Positions 20,800-29,758 of a stretch of 64,000 bases of DNA are shown piece by piece. The DNA is from Dehalococcoidia bacterium (GTDB taxonomy: Bacteria > Chloroflexota > Dehalococcoidia > UBA2979), in assembly GCA_965219085.1 (NCBI GenBank), contig OZ244720.1:1088001-1152000 (forward strand), read 5' to 3'. Every line of letters begins with the position of its first letter. The stretch's first letter is position 1. The notes beneath the pieces were generated by a model. It was not told the origin of the DNA and searched no databases. It was given only the letters and a program-made list of their open reading frames with translations. Position numbers and translations under genes: made by a program.

Positions 20800-21234
20800 A
20801 TGGCCAACAACGTGTACTTCGAGGACGTGAACGTCGGCGAGGACATCCCCTCGTTCACCCGTCAGACAGACCTGATGCACTGGAACCGCTACGCGGCCGT
20901 CAACGACGAGTTCGTCTACATCCACATGGACGACGAGGCGGGCCGCCAGGCGGCCAACGAGCCGGGCGCGTTCGGGATGGGCAACCTGCGCTGGGCCTAC
21001 CTGCTGAACATGCTCCGCGAGTGGGCCGGCGACGAGGTCGACGTCCGCGAGCTGGGCGTGCAGTTCCGCGCCATCAACCAGAAGAACGACGTGCTCACCT
21101 GCGTCGGGACGATCACGGAGAAGACCGACGAGAACGGCGATCACCTCGTCCGCCTCGACACGAACGTGATCAACCAGGACGGCGTCGCCACCTGCCCCGG
21201 CCACGCCGTCATCGCGCTGCCCTCGCGCGGGTAG
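20800..21234 (+). CDS. MaoC family dehydratase (copy 2)
   Basis: Near-identical to 19811-20245, with the same 9-nt spacer GAGAAGACC. Confidence 0.85.
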   Translation: MANNVYFEDVNVGEDIPSFTRQTDLMHWNRYAAVNDEFVYIHMDDEAGRQAANEPGAFGMGNLRWAYLLNMLREWAGDEVDVRELGVQFRAINQKNDVLTCVGTITEKTDENGDHLVRLDTNVINQDGVATCPGHAVIALPSRG

Positions 21235-21256
21235 CCATACAGCCACACCACACGAA

Positions 21257-21286
21257 CCCCTCGGGAGCGCGCGCTCCCGGGGGGGT
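21257..21286 (+). terminator. GC-rich hairpin after the MaoC cluster
   Basis: CGGGAGCG and CGCTCCCG arms with flanking C/G runs; no U-tract. Confidence 0.4.
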
Positions 21287-21320
21287 CGAGTGCTGCCCGC
21301 TGCACGACGGTGGGTGAGCG

Positions 21321-22148
21321 GTGACGCAGCGCGTCCTCATGTGCGCGCCGCTGCACTACCGGATCGACTACGAGATCAACCCGTGGATGCGCCGCTCCAA
21401 CCGCGTCGACGGCGCACGCGCCCTGCGGCAGTGGCGGCGCCTGCGTGAGCGCATCGAGGGTCTCGGCGTCGCCGTCGAGCTGATCGAGCAGGCGCCCGAG
21501 ACGCCGGACATGACGTTCACGGCCAACGCCGGCGTCGTGATCGGCGACCGGTTCATCCCCTCGAACTTCCGCTTCGCGGAGCGCCAGCCGGAGGAGGACC
21601 ACTTCATCCGCTGGTTCCGCCACCAGGGCTACACCGTCGAGACGATCCACCTCCCGCACTACTGGGAGGGCGAGGGTGACGTGCTGCCCGCCGGGGACCG
21701 CGTCTTCGCCGGCTACCGCTACCGCACCGAGTTTCGCGCGCTCGACCACCTCGAGCAGGCGCTCGGTCCCGAACTGGTGCGGCTCGAACTGGCCGACGAG
21801 CGCTTCTACCACCTCGACACGTGCTTCGCGCCACTGGGCGACGGGCGCGCGCTGTACGAGCCCGAGGCCTTCACCGCCGAGGGGCGTGAGCAGCTCTCGC
21901 GCCACTTCGACGACCTGATCGCGGTCGAGCGCGAGGAGTCGCTGCGGTTCGCGTGCAACGCGCTGGTGGTGGGGCGGCAGGTGGTGATGAACACGGGCTG
22001 CCCGGCGACGGTCCTCGTCCTGCGCGAGCGCGGCTACGAGCCTGTCGAGACCGACACCGACGAGTTCATCAAGGCGGGCGGCAGCGTGAAGTGCCTGACC
22101 CTCATGCTCGACGCCTTCGCCCCGGCTCTCGCAGACGGCGGCGCATAA
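21321..22148 (+). CDS. Amidinotransferase / arginine deiminase-related (DDAH-like) protein
   Basis: IDYEINPWM, PDMTFTANAG, EGEGD, FYHLDTCF, EFIKAGGSVKCLT. Confidence 0.92.
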   Translation: MTQRVLMCAPLHYRIDYEINPWMRRSNRVDGARALRQWRRLRERIEGLGVAVELIEQAPETPDMTFTANAGVVIGDRFIPSNFRFAERQPEEDHFIRWFRHQGYTVETIHLPHYWEGEGDVLPAGDRVFAGYRYRTEFRALDHLEQALGPELVRLELADERFYHLDTCFAPLGDGRALYEPEAFTAEGREQLSRHFDDLIAVEREESLRFACNALVVGRQVVMNTGCPATVLVLRERGYEPVETDTDEFIKAGGSVKCLTLMLDAFAPALADGGA

Positions 22149-22170
22149 CCGACGGTCCGGGCGCGCGCGC

Positions 22171-22512
22171 CTACTGGATGTGGACGACTTCCTGGGCGCG
22201 CTGCCACAACCCCTCGAGGTCGTAGCGGGCGCGCTGCTCCATCGACAGCAGGTGCACGATCACGTCGCCGAGGTCGGCGAGGAGCCAGCCGTCCTCGTGG
22301 CGCCCCTCCCAGCGGGGGTGTGTGCTGTAGGAGTCGGCGGCGGTGTCCACGGCCTCGACGAGCGCGCGCATCTGGCGGTTGCTGCCGGAGGTGGCGATCA
22401 CGAAGTAGTCGGCGAAACCGGCGTATTCCTGGACATCGAGGAGCACCACGTCCGCCGCCTGGCGATCCGCCAGCGCGTCGACCACATCGTTCGCAAGTTC
22501 AATGCTCTGCAG
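22171..22512 (-). CDS. rsfS: Ribosome silencing factor
   Basis: DVVLLDV...ADYFVIATSGSNRQ...WLLADLGDVIVH...YDLEGLW; GAGGAGG RBS 5 nt before a CTG at 22512. Confidence 0.93.
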   Translation of the reverse strand: MQSIELANDVVDALADRQAADVVLLDVQEYAGFADYFVIATSGSNRQMRALVEAVDTAADSYSTHPRWEGRHEDGWLLADLGDVIVHLLSMEQRARYDLEGLWQRAQEVVHIQ

Positions 22513-22825
22513 CCGATCCTCCTCGGTGGCGCTGCGAGTATAGCCGCCCGCGTGGCGTCAGAAGTGGTGTTACCGAAATCGTCCGCCGCGCATCGCAACC
22601 CTGTTACCGAACGGGCGCCTTGATGCGACGACGCCCTTCAGGAGCCGTCTCGCAGGTGTGACCAGGGTGATGCGTTACACGCGCGCGAGCTGAGGCGAGG
22701 GCCCCGTGTCACTCAAGAGATGGCGACGGCTTGCCGTCGGCGCGCTGTCGGCGGCGAGACCAGGAAACAGTCGGCAGCACTCTATCCGACTCGTGTGACC
22801 TTACTACTGAGGTTACTATGTAGCC

Positions 22826-23077
22826 ATGACGACGACGCGACTCAACATGCACGAGGCAAAGACCCATCTGTCGGAGCACATTGCACGCTTGAAGCCAGGC
22901 GACCGCATCATCCTCTGCCGCCGGAACCGCCCCGTGGCCGAGATCCGGCCGTTGGATGAACCCCTGGACGAACCCCGCCCGGTCGGACTCGGCAAGGGTC
23001 TCGCTGAGATCCCCGACTCCTTCTTCGACCCGCTCCCCGAGGAGATGCTCGATCTCTTCGAAGGGCGGGCCACCTGA
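22826..23077 (+). CDS. Phd/YefM-type antitoxin
   Basis: NMHEAKTHLS...RRNRPVAEI...IPDSFFDPLPEE. Confidence 0.88.
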   Translation: MTTTRLNMHEAKTHLSEHIARLKPGDRIILCRRNRPVAEIRPLDEPLDEPRPVGLGKGLAEIPDSFFDPLPEEMLDLFEGRAT

Positions 23078-23090
23078 GCCGCGAGGACAT

Positions 23091-23483
23091 ATGGGGCTCC
23101 TGCTCGACACCGTGGCGTTCCTCTGGCTGGCCGAGGATGATGCGCGCCTGTCGGCGGCGGCGCGCGAGGCGATCGCCGACCCGGCCAACGATGTGTTCCT
23201 GAGTGCAGCCTCGGCGTGGGAGATCGCCATCAAGCACGGTCTCGGACGCCTCCGCCTGCACGTGCCCCCGGACGAATACGTCCCACAGCAGCGCCTCCTC
23301 CATCGCATCGAGACACTCGGGATCGACGAGGACGCCACACTGCAGGCAGGCAAGCTGCCGGACCTCCACCGCGATCCGTTTGACCGGCTCCTCGTTGCAC
23401 ACGCGATTGTGCATGGGCTCACCATTGTCACTCCCGATCGCCTCATCAGGCGCTACACCGTCCCCATCCTCTGGTCGCGGTAG
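23091..23483 (+). CDS. vapC: VapC PIN-domain toxin
   Basis: LLLDTVAFLW, SAASAWEIAIK, HRDPFDRLLVAHA, VTPD. Confidence 0.92.
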   Translation: MGLLLDTVAFLWLAEDDARLSAAAREAIADPANDVFLSAASAWEIAIKHGLGRLRLHVPPDEYVPQQRLLHRIETLGIDEDATLQAGKLPDLHRDPFDRLLVAHAIVHGLTIVTPDRLIRRYTVPILWSR

Positions 23484-23707
23484 CGCGCAGGCGACGCACA
23501 GCCGGGCACAGGTCGGCCTCAGCAGAGCAACAAGCAGATTCCGCTGGGGCCCGTGCTATTTCTGATGCATTGCGGCCGGCCCCCGCGTTCGGGCCGGCAA
23601 TGGACGCGTGAGCACATCGACATCTCGGTGACAGGCCCGCCTGCCGTAGACTCCTCTTCATCACCGCCGCGGGCGCGAGGTCCGCGGGTACTCGAAAGGA
23701 CTGAGCG

Positions 23708-24106
23708 ATGCCACTCACGAGCGAAGCAGCGCAACGCATGATCGCGGCGAGCCACGAGAAGGCGCGCGAGCTGGGCGTGGCCGTGTGCTCGGCGATTATC
23801 GATCCGGAAGGGCGCCTCTTCGCCTTCGGCCGCATGGAGGGCGCGCGCTGGCTCTCCATCGAGGTGTCGCAGGCGAAGGCGCTCACCGGGGCCATGCTCG
23901 GGCGAGACGGCCCCGAACTGGCGGACATGGACTCCGGCGTCCTGGCCGCGCTCGGCGCCATGCACGGCCGCTCGCTGCTCGCCATGGGCAGCGTCACGAC
24001 CCTGACCGAGGACGGCGAGCTCATCGCCGGCATCGGCTGCAGCGGCGCCACCGACGAGCAGGACGGCGAGTGCGCCCACGCGGCGCGCGACGCCTACACC
24101 GCGTAG
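23708..24106 (+). CDS. GlcG/HbpS family heme-binding protein
   Basis: AIIDPEGRL..FGRMEGA...SQAKA...GIGCSGAT.EQD. Confidence 0.85.
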   Translation: MPLTSEAAQRMIAASHEKARELGVAVCSAIIDPEGRLFAFGRMEGARWLSIEVSQAKALTGAMLGRDGPELADMDSGVLAALGAMHGRSLLAMGSVTTLTEDGELIAGIGCSGATDEQDGECAHAARDAYTA

Positions 24107-24209
24107 CTCGACGACTCGCGGCGGTGCGTCGCTCGCCGGAGGGCGGGCGCCGCCGCCCGCGTCGTGATCGCTTCGCATGCTCTCGGCCTGCCCGCGTAGG
24201 TCCAACCGT

Positions 24210-24581
24210 CTATTCGTCGGCCTCGACGATGACGCGTCCGCCGCCGCTGACGTGTACGTGCAGCGCATAGCCGTCGGGCAAGGAGATGCCCACGAGGGGC
24301 GCGACATCCGCCACAAAGGGGTCGACGTCCCGCGCCTGGCCATCCCGGAGCACGGTGACGTCATGCATGTCGAGGGTCTCCTCGCTGCCGTTGGCCAGGA
24401 CGACCCGGCTGACACCGATGAACGGGAGCGCCAGCTCCGCTACGAGCGTGGACGGGAGTGTCAGGAAGCGATTGAAACCGGTGTCGATCACGGCATCCAC
24501 CTCCCGCGTCTCCCCTGTCGGGCCTCGCACAGCCAGGGGCACGACGGGCTCGCAGGCGGCGTTTACCAGACCCTCGATCAC
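24210..24581 (-). CDS. Clan AA (retropepsin-like) aspartic protease
   Basis: MIEGLVN...AVIDTGFNRFLTLP...LANGS...PLVG. Confidence 0.85.
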   Translation of the reverse strand: MIEGLVNAACEPVVPLAVRGPTGETREVDAVIDTGFNRFLTLPSTLVAELALPFIGVSRVVLANGSEETLDMHDVTVLRDGQARDVDPFVADVAPLVGISLPDGYALHVHVSGGGRVIVEADE

Positions 24582-24847
24582 CCGGTACTCCGTGGCGACC
24601 CGCCTCCGATGCTGGCGATCGCCCGGTAGCCGACTCGGAGGAGCCAGACATCAACAGCCTGCGGGTGTTCCGCTCGCAGGTCTTCGCCAGCGCGGCGAAT
24701 CGTGTCGGCGATAACCCAACTTCCGCCGTCGACGTCGATAGCCACGTAGCGTCCGCGGTCGGACGACTCCACGTGCGGGCGGATGTCCCGCTCGTAGATC
24801 TCGTCTCCGAGACGGGCAGTCTCCTCGGCCGGGCGTCGGGTGGGCAT
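24578..24847 (-). CDS. Small protein coupled to the aspartic protease (DUF5678-like)
   Basis: ARLGDEIYERDIR...GRYVAIDVD...WLLRVGY; stop overlaps the protease start (GTGA). Confidence 0.7.
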   Translation of the reverse strand: MPTRRPAEETARLGDEIYERDIRPHVESSDRGRYVAIDVDGGSWVIADTIRRAGEDLRAEHPQAVDVWLLRVGYRAIASIGGGSPRSTG

Positions 24848-24943
24848 CGCGATGTGCTCCTCGTTGCGACCTTCGTCGTAACCGGCGAGCACTGGCGCGT
24901 GCGGAGTGCGCGCCCCCCGCCCCGTGGATCGCGTCGAGGCGCC

Positions 24944-26221
24944 CTACCCGCGCGCTTCGACCACGTGGGCGGCGACGAGTGCCTCGACCTCGGCTTCCGA
25001 CCAGCCTGCCTCGAGCAGCACCCCGCGGGTGTCGCGCGCCAGCGTCGGCGCGGCCCCGCTCGCTGCGGTCGGCGTCGCCGACATCTCCAGCACCGGCCCC
25101 ACGAACGACTGCGGGCCCGTCATGTCGTGCTCGAGGTCGGCGAAGATGCCCTCGGCCTGCACCTGCGGATCCATCCGGATCTCCTCCGGGAAGTTCACCG
25201 GCGCCGCCGGCAGGCCCTCCGCGTCGAAGATCTCGATCCACTCGGCGACCGTGCGCTCGCGCATCTTCTCGCGCATCACGCCGGCGAAGTACTCCATCTT
25301 GCGCTGGTTCTCGGCGTCGAGGATGTCGTAGTCGGGGTCGTCGCTGTCCTCGTGCTCCAGCCCGAGCACCTGCCGGAAGCCGTCGCGGTTGATGCGCGTG
25401 AGCGCGCCGAGGATGATGCCGCCGTCCTTCGCCGCGTAGCCGCCGTAGAACAGGCCGCCGGTGAGGATGCGCTGCTCGCGCACGCGGATCAGCTCCGGGT
25501 AGCTGCCGCCGGCCTCGCGCGTCGCGACGAGGTCCGCGCGCGTCAGGTCGTCGAAGTGCACGTCGGTGACCGGCTCGTAGTTGACGTTGTGGCTCTGCAG
25601 CCACACGCCGGTGCGCAGCAGCGAGGTGTTGATCTTCTGGCCTTCGCCGGTGCGCTCGCGGTGGAAGAGCGCCGAGGCGACGCCCATCGCGGTGGCCATC
25701 GCCGTGCCGTAGTCGGCGGGCGCCCCGAACGTGGCGGCGATGGGCGCGCCGTCGTCGGCGACCTTGCCGTCGCCGGCCATGATCCCGGAGTAGGCCTGCG
25801 CGACCACGTCCGAGCAGCCCCGCTCCGCCAGCTCGCCGCGCGTCCCGAAGCCGGTGCTCTCGACGTAGATGAGGTCCGGCCGGAACTGCTTGAGCGTCTC
25901 GTAGTCGATCCCGACCCGCTCCGCCACGCCGTAGCGGTAGTTCACGACCACCACGTCGATGGTCGGCATCAGCCGGTGGATGATCGCGCGCCCCTCGGGC
26001 TGCTGCAGGTCGACGACGATGTCGCGCTTGCCGCGGTTGAAGGTCTGGAAGGCCTTGCCCTCGTTGGGGACGACGGCGCGGGCTTGCCGCGTGGACTCGC
26101 CGCCGGGCGGCTCGACCTTGATCACGTCGGCGCCGAGGTCGGAGAGCAGCACTCCCGACATCGGGCCGGCGACCACCAGCGTGAACTCCAGTACGCGAAT
26201 ACCATCCAGTGGGCCGGGCAT
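24944..26221 (-). CDS. Class III CoA-transferase (CaiB/BaiF family)
   Basis: GPLDGIRVLEF...LGADVIKVEPPGGE...NRGKR...APTLARDT. Confidence 0.93.
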   Translation of the reverse strand: MPGPLDGIRVLEFTLVVAGPMSGVLLSDLGADVIKVEPPGGESTRQARAVVPNEGKAFQTFNRGKRDIVVDLQQPEGRAIIHRLMPTIDVVVVNYRYGVAERVGIDYETLKQFRPDLIYVESTGFGTRGELAERGCSDVVAQAYSGIMAGDGKVADDGAPIAATFGAPADYGTAMATAMGVASALFHRERTGEGQKINTSLLRTGVWLQSHNVNYEPVTDVHFDDLTRADLVATREAGGSYPELIRVREQRILTGGLFYGGYAAKDGGIILGALTRINRDGFRQVLGLEHEDSDDPDYDILDAENQRKMEYFAGVMREKMRERTVAEWIEIFDAEGLPAAPVNFPEEIRMDPQVQAEGIFADLEHDMTGPQSFVGPVLEMSATPTAASGAAPTLARDTRGVLLEAGWSEAEVEALVAAHVVEARG

Positions 26222-26603
26222 GTCCCCTCCTTCGTGCTTCGTCGGACGTGCAGGCGCAGCCTGCCGCGAGTGTCGATGCTATACGAGCGTGGCGTGAGGG
26301 TGGATGGGGGCGGCGAAGTACAGGTTCGACTGATCCTCGATGCGAATCCAAGTCTTCATCTGGTCAATACGTAGACTCAAGTCGCCGATGAGTACTCCGT
26401 CCGTGCCGAGGCCCAGGGCAAGCAGTTCATCGCCATCCCAACGCGCCCAGGATCAGGTTCCGGGCCGCGACATCGAGGTGATAGGTATTCACCGACCCGA
26501 GGTCCGCGTCGGCTGAGCGCTGCCCGCCGAAGTGCGGCAGCATGGCCCCGGCGGTCGTTGCCAGGAACAGGAGCAGGAAGATGACTGAGGTGGTGCGGCT
26601 CAT

Positions 26604-28229
26604 CTATTCGGCTCCTCGCCACAGCGACTCGACGACCTGGTCCATGATCTCGTCGATCTCAGCGCGCTGGGCGCTGGTGAGATCGTCGTCGTACTGCCGG
26701 GGCCACTCCCCCAGCCAGTTGACGTCGATGACGAATCTCGCCCCGTCCTCGTGCCTGAACACGAGGCCCACCGACCCGTGCTTGGGCGTAGTGCCGGGGA
26801 ACAGGCGGCCGAGCAGCATCTCAGCCTCGAATACCAGCCGGGCGTTGGGCGGGATGTCGAAGACGACCCGCTCAAAGCTCGTTTCATACTGGTACGTGCC
26901 GGTCGGGAGGGGCTGGTCATTCTGTACGCCTCCGCGACGGAACACCGGCCCCGGCTCCCCGCAGTCGGCTTGGGTGACGTCGCTCGTCGCCGAGTCGCCA
27001 AGCACCCCGGGCGCACAACCAGTGAACGACGTACCTGAGATCGAAACGCTCGTCAGGTTCGTCAGCCGGGCCAGCTTCGACGGGATCATCCCCGTGAGTG
27101 CGTTCCCGCTCAGGTTCAGCGTCGTCAGTCCCTTGAGGTTTCCCAGCAGCCCCGACAGCTGTCCGTTGAGGCCGAAATTCGACAGGTTCAGGCCCGTCAC
27201 GCGCTGCGGCGTACCCGAGACCGTGACTCCCATCCAGTCGGATATCGCCTTGCCGGCCGTCCAGTTGAGCTTGCCGGTCCCGCGGATGGTGTCGCGGAGG
27301 CCCAGCAGTGCCTCGCAGTCTGCCACGAGTTCGCCGTTCGTCTCCGGGTTCATCACCGCGACCCCGGACGCGCAGTCACTTACCTCGAACTCGGTCTCGA
27401 CAACGGTGGCGCCAATGTGCGGCTTGCCGTCGGGCCGGGGCCGCACGACCGGCTTCGCAGCCTTCAGGTCGTAGGTGATGGTCGTGGCGGCCGCAGCCTC
27501 CTCGTTCACCGTGAAGGTGTACGTCGTGCCGACCGGCGGCACGAGCCTCGACTCCGAGACGGGTGCGGGGAAAGACGATGGCTCGAGGTAGAAGCGCGTC
27601 CAGCCGCCCGGCAGCCGCGCCGCCGTGACGACGGTGACCTCGAGCCCCGCGTCGACGTGGTACGTGCCGCCCAGGCCTGCGTTCAGTCGCATCGCGGCCG
27701 GGATGTCGGCGACCTGTCTGTAGTCGCCGGGCGCGCCGATGTAGGCGGCGCGGATGCACGTCGGGTCCGTCGGTGTCGCGCAAGAGCCGGGCGCGGCGGG
27801 CGCTGCTGCGGGCGTCGAGGTGGTCGGGGGTGGCTTGACGGCCGCGGGCGAACCCGCGTCGCCCTCCACGATCCCCTCGAGGGCCACGAGCGCCACCGCC
27901 ACCACGACCACCCCGGCCAGCGTCGCCGCCCCCGCCCCGACCCACACCAGCGGCCGCCCCACCGACCACAGGGCAGCCGGCACGGCCAGCACGCCACCAA
28001 GGCGGCGCCGAGGGGCGTCCGGGCGCCAGGCGGCGAGCGCGCGGCGGTTGCGCAGCTCCAGCTTCGCGAGCATGTTCGAGATGTGCGTCTTGACCGTGTC
28101 CGGGCTGAGGCCGAGTCGCGAGGCGATCTCCGCGTTCGTACCGCCCTCGCGCAGCGCGTCGAGCACGCGCCACTCGGCGGGGGTCAGCACGTCGGGGTGA
28201 CGCGGCCGGCCGCGACGGTTGCGCTGCAT
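26604..28229 (-). CDS. LuxR-type HTH + transmembrane + ectodomain containing LRR
   Basis: LTPAEWRVLDALREGGTNAEIASRLGLSPDTVKTHISNMLAKL; TM VVVVAVALVAL; then an LRR N-cap and LxxLNLSGNALTGMIP. Confidence 0.85.
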   Translation of the reverse strand: MQRNRRGRPRHPDVLTPAEWRVLDALREGGTNAEIASRLGLSPDTVKTHISNMLAKLELRNRRALAAWRPDAPRRRLGGVLAVPAALWSVGRPLVWVGAGAATLAGVVVVAVALVALEGIVEGDAGSPAAVKPPPTTSTPAAAPAAPGSCATPTDPTCIRAAYIGAPGDYRQVADIPAAMRLNAGLGGTYHVDAGLEVTVVTAARLPGGWTRFYLEPSSFPAPVSESRLVPPVGTTYTFTVNEEAAAATTITYDLKAAKPVVRPRPDGKPHIGATVVETEFEVSDCASGVAVMNPETNGELVADCEALLGLRDTIRGTGKLNWTAGKAISDWMGVTVSGTPQRVTGLNLSNFGLNGQLSGLLGNLKGLTTLNLSGNALTGMIPSKLARLTNLTSVSISGTSFTGCAPGVLGDSATSDVTQADCGEPGPVFRRGGVQNDQPLPTGTYQYETSFERVVFDIPPNARLVFEAEMLLGRLFPGTTPKHGSVGLVFRHEDGARFVIDVNWLGEWPRQYDDDLTSAQRAEIDEIMDQVVESLWRGAE

Positions 28230-28235
28230 GGAGCC

Positions 28236-28259
28236 ATCGTAGGGCGCGCGCCCTACGAT
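28236..28259. promoter_or_regulatory. Perfect 24-bp palindrome over the -10 of the LuxR fusion gene
   Basis: ATCGTAGGGCGC-GCGCCCTACGAT; the minus-strand TACGAT lies 6 nt before the ATG. Confidence 0.6.
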
Positions 28260-28328
28260 TTACCTCACCCGGCCCCCCTCGCACTCGCCCAAGGTTGCAG
28301 CGAGGGTCACTACGTGGTGCCCGGTGTG

Positions 28329-29606
28329 CTACCCGGCCTGGACGACGGCGCCGTTCGCGAGCAGGTCCTCGACCTCGGCCTCGGACCAGCCGGCCTCGAG
28401 CAGGACGCCGCGCGTGTCGCGCGCGAGCGGTGGCGCGGCGCCGCTCGCCGCGGTCGGCGTCGCCGACATCTCGAGCACCGGCCCCACGACCGACTGCGGG
28501 CCGGTCATGTCGTGCTCGAGGTCGACGTAGATGCCCTCGGCCTGCACCTGGGGGTCGAGCCGGATCTCCTCCGGGAAGTTCACGGGCGCGGCGGGCAGGC
28601 CGACCACGTCGAACGTCTCGATCCACTCGTCGACGGTGCGCTCGCGCATCTTGGCGCGCATGACTTCGCCGAAGTGCTCCGCGGTGCGCTGGCTCTCCGG
28701 GTCGAAGACGTTGTAACCCGGCTAGTCGCTGGGCTCGTCCTCAAGGCCGAGCACGCCCCGGAAGCCGTCGCGGTTCAGTTTCGTGAGCGCGCCGAGGATG
28801 ATGCCGCCATCCTTCGCCGCGTAGCCGCCGTAGTACAGCCCGCCCGTGAGGCGTCGCTCGTTGCGCACCTGCATCAGCTCGGGGTAGCTGCCCCCGGCGT
28901 TGCGCGTCGCGGCGAGCTCGGCGCGCGTCACGTCGTCGAACAGCGCGTCGGTGACCGGCTCGTGGTTGACGTTGTGGCTCTGTAGCCAGACGCCGGTGCG
29001 CAGCAGCGAGGTGTTGATCTTCTGGCCTTCGCCGGTGAGCGAGCGGTGGAAGAGCGCGGCGCAGACGCCCATCGCGGACGCCATCGCCGTGCTGTAGTCG
29101 GCCGGCGCCCCGAACGTGACGGCGATCGGCGCGCCGTCGTCGGCGACCTTACCGTCGCCCGCCATGATCCCGGAGTAGGCCTGCGCCACCACGTCGGAGC
29201 AGCCGCGCCGCGCCAGCTCGCCGCGCGTCCCAAAGCCCGTGCTTTCGACGTAGATGAGGTCCGGCCGGTACTGCTTGAGCGTCTCGTAGCCGATTCCGAT
29301 CCTGTCGGGGACGCCGTAGCGATAGTTCGCGACCACCACATCGATGGTCGGCATCAGGCGGTGGATGACCGCGCGCCCCTCGGGCTGCTGCAGGTCGACG
29401 ACGATGTCGCGCTTGCCGCGATTGAAGGCCTGGAAGAGCTTGCCCTCGTCCGGGATCACAGCGCGGCTCTGCCGCGTGGACTCGCCGCCGGGCGGCTCGA
29501 CCTTGATCACGTCGGCGCCGAGGTCGGAGAGCAGCACTCCGGACATCGGGCCAGCGACGACCAGCGTGAACTCGAGTACGCGAACACCGTGCAGTGGACC
29601 GGGCAT
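28329..29606 (-). pseudogene. Class III CoA-transferase paralog with one in-frame TAG
   Basis: Same 1278-nt length as 24944-26221; TAG at 28722-28724, after which the frame continues intact to 28329. Confidence 0.85.
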
Positions 29607-29758
29607 GTCCCCTCCTCCGTCGTCGGGCGGAGCGAGACGGCGTCGGCCGCGAGTGGTGATGCTATACGAGGGGGGCGTGAGGGGTGTGTAGGCGAGGGGG
29701 CGCGCGGTGCAATTGGCTGGGGATTACATACGGTAGTGCCCACGGCCCGCGTGCATAT

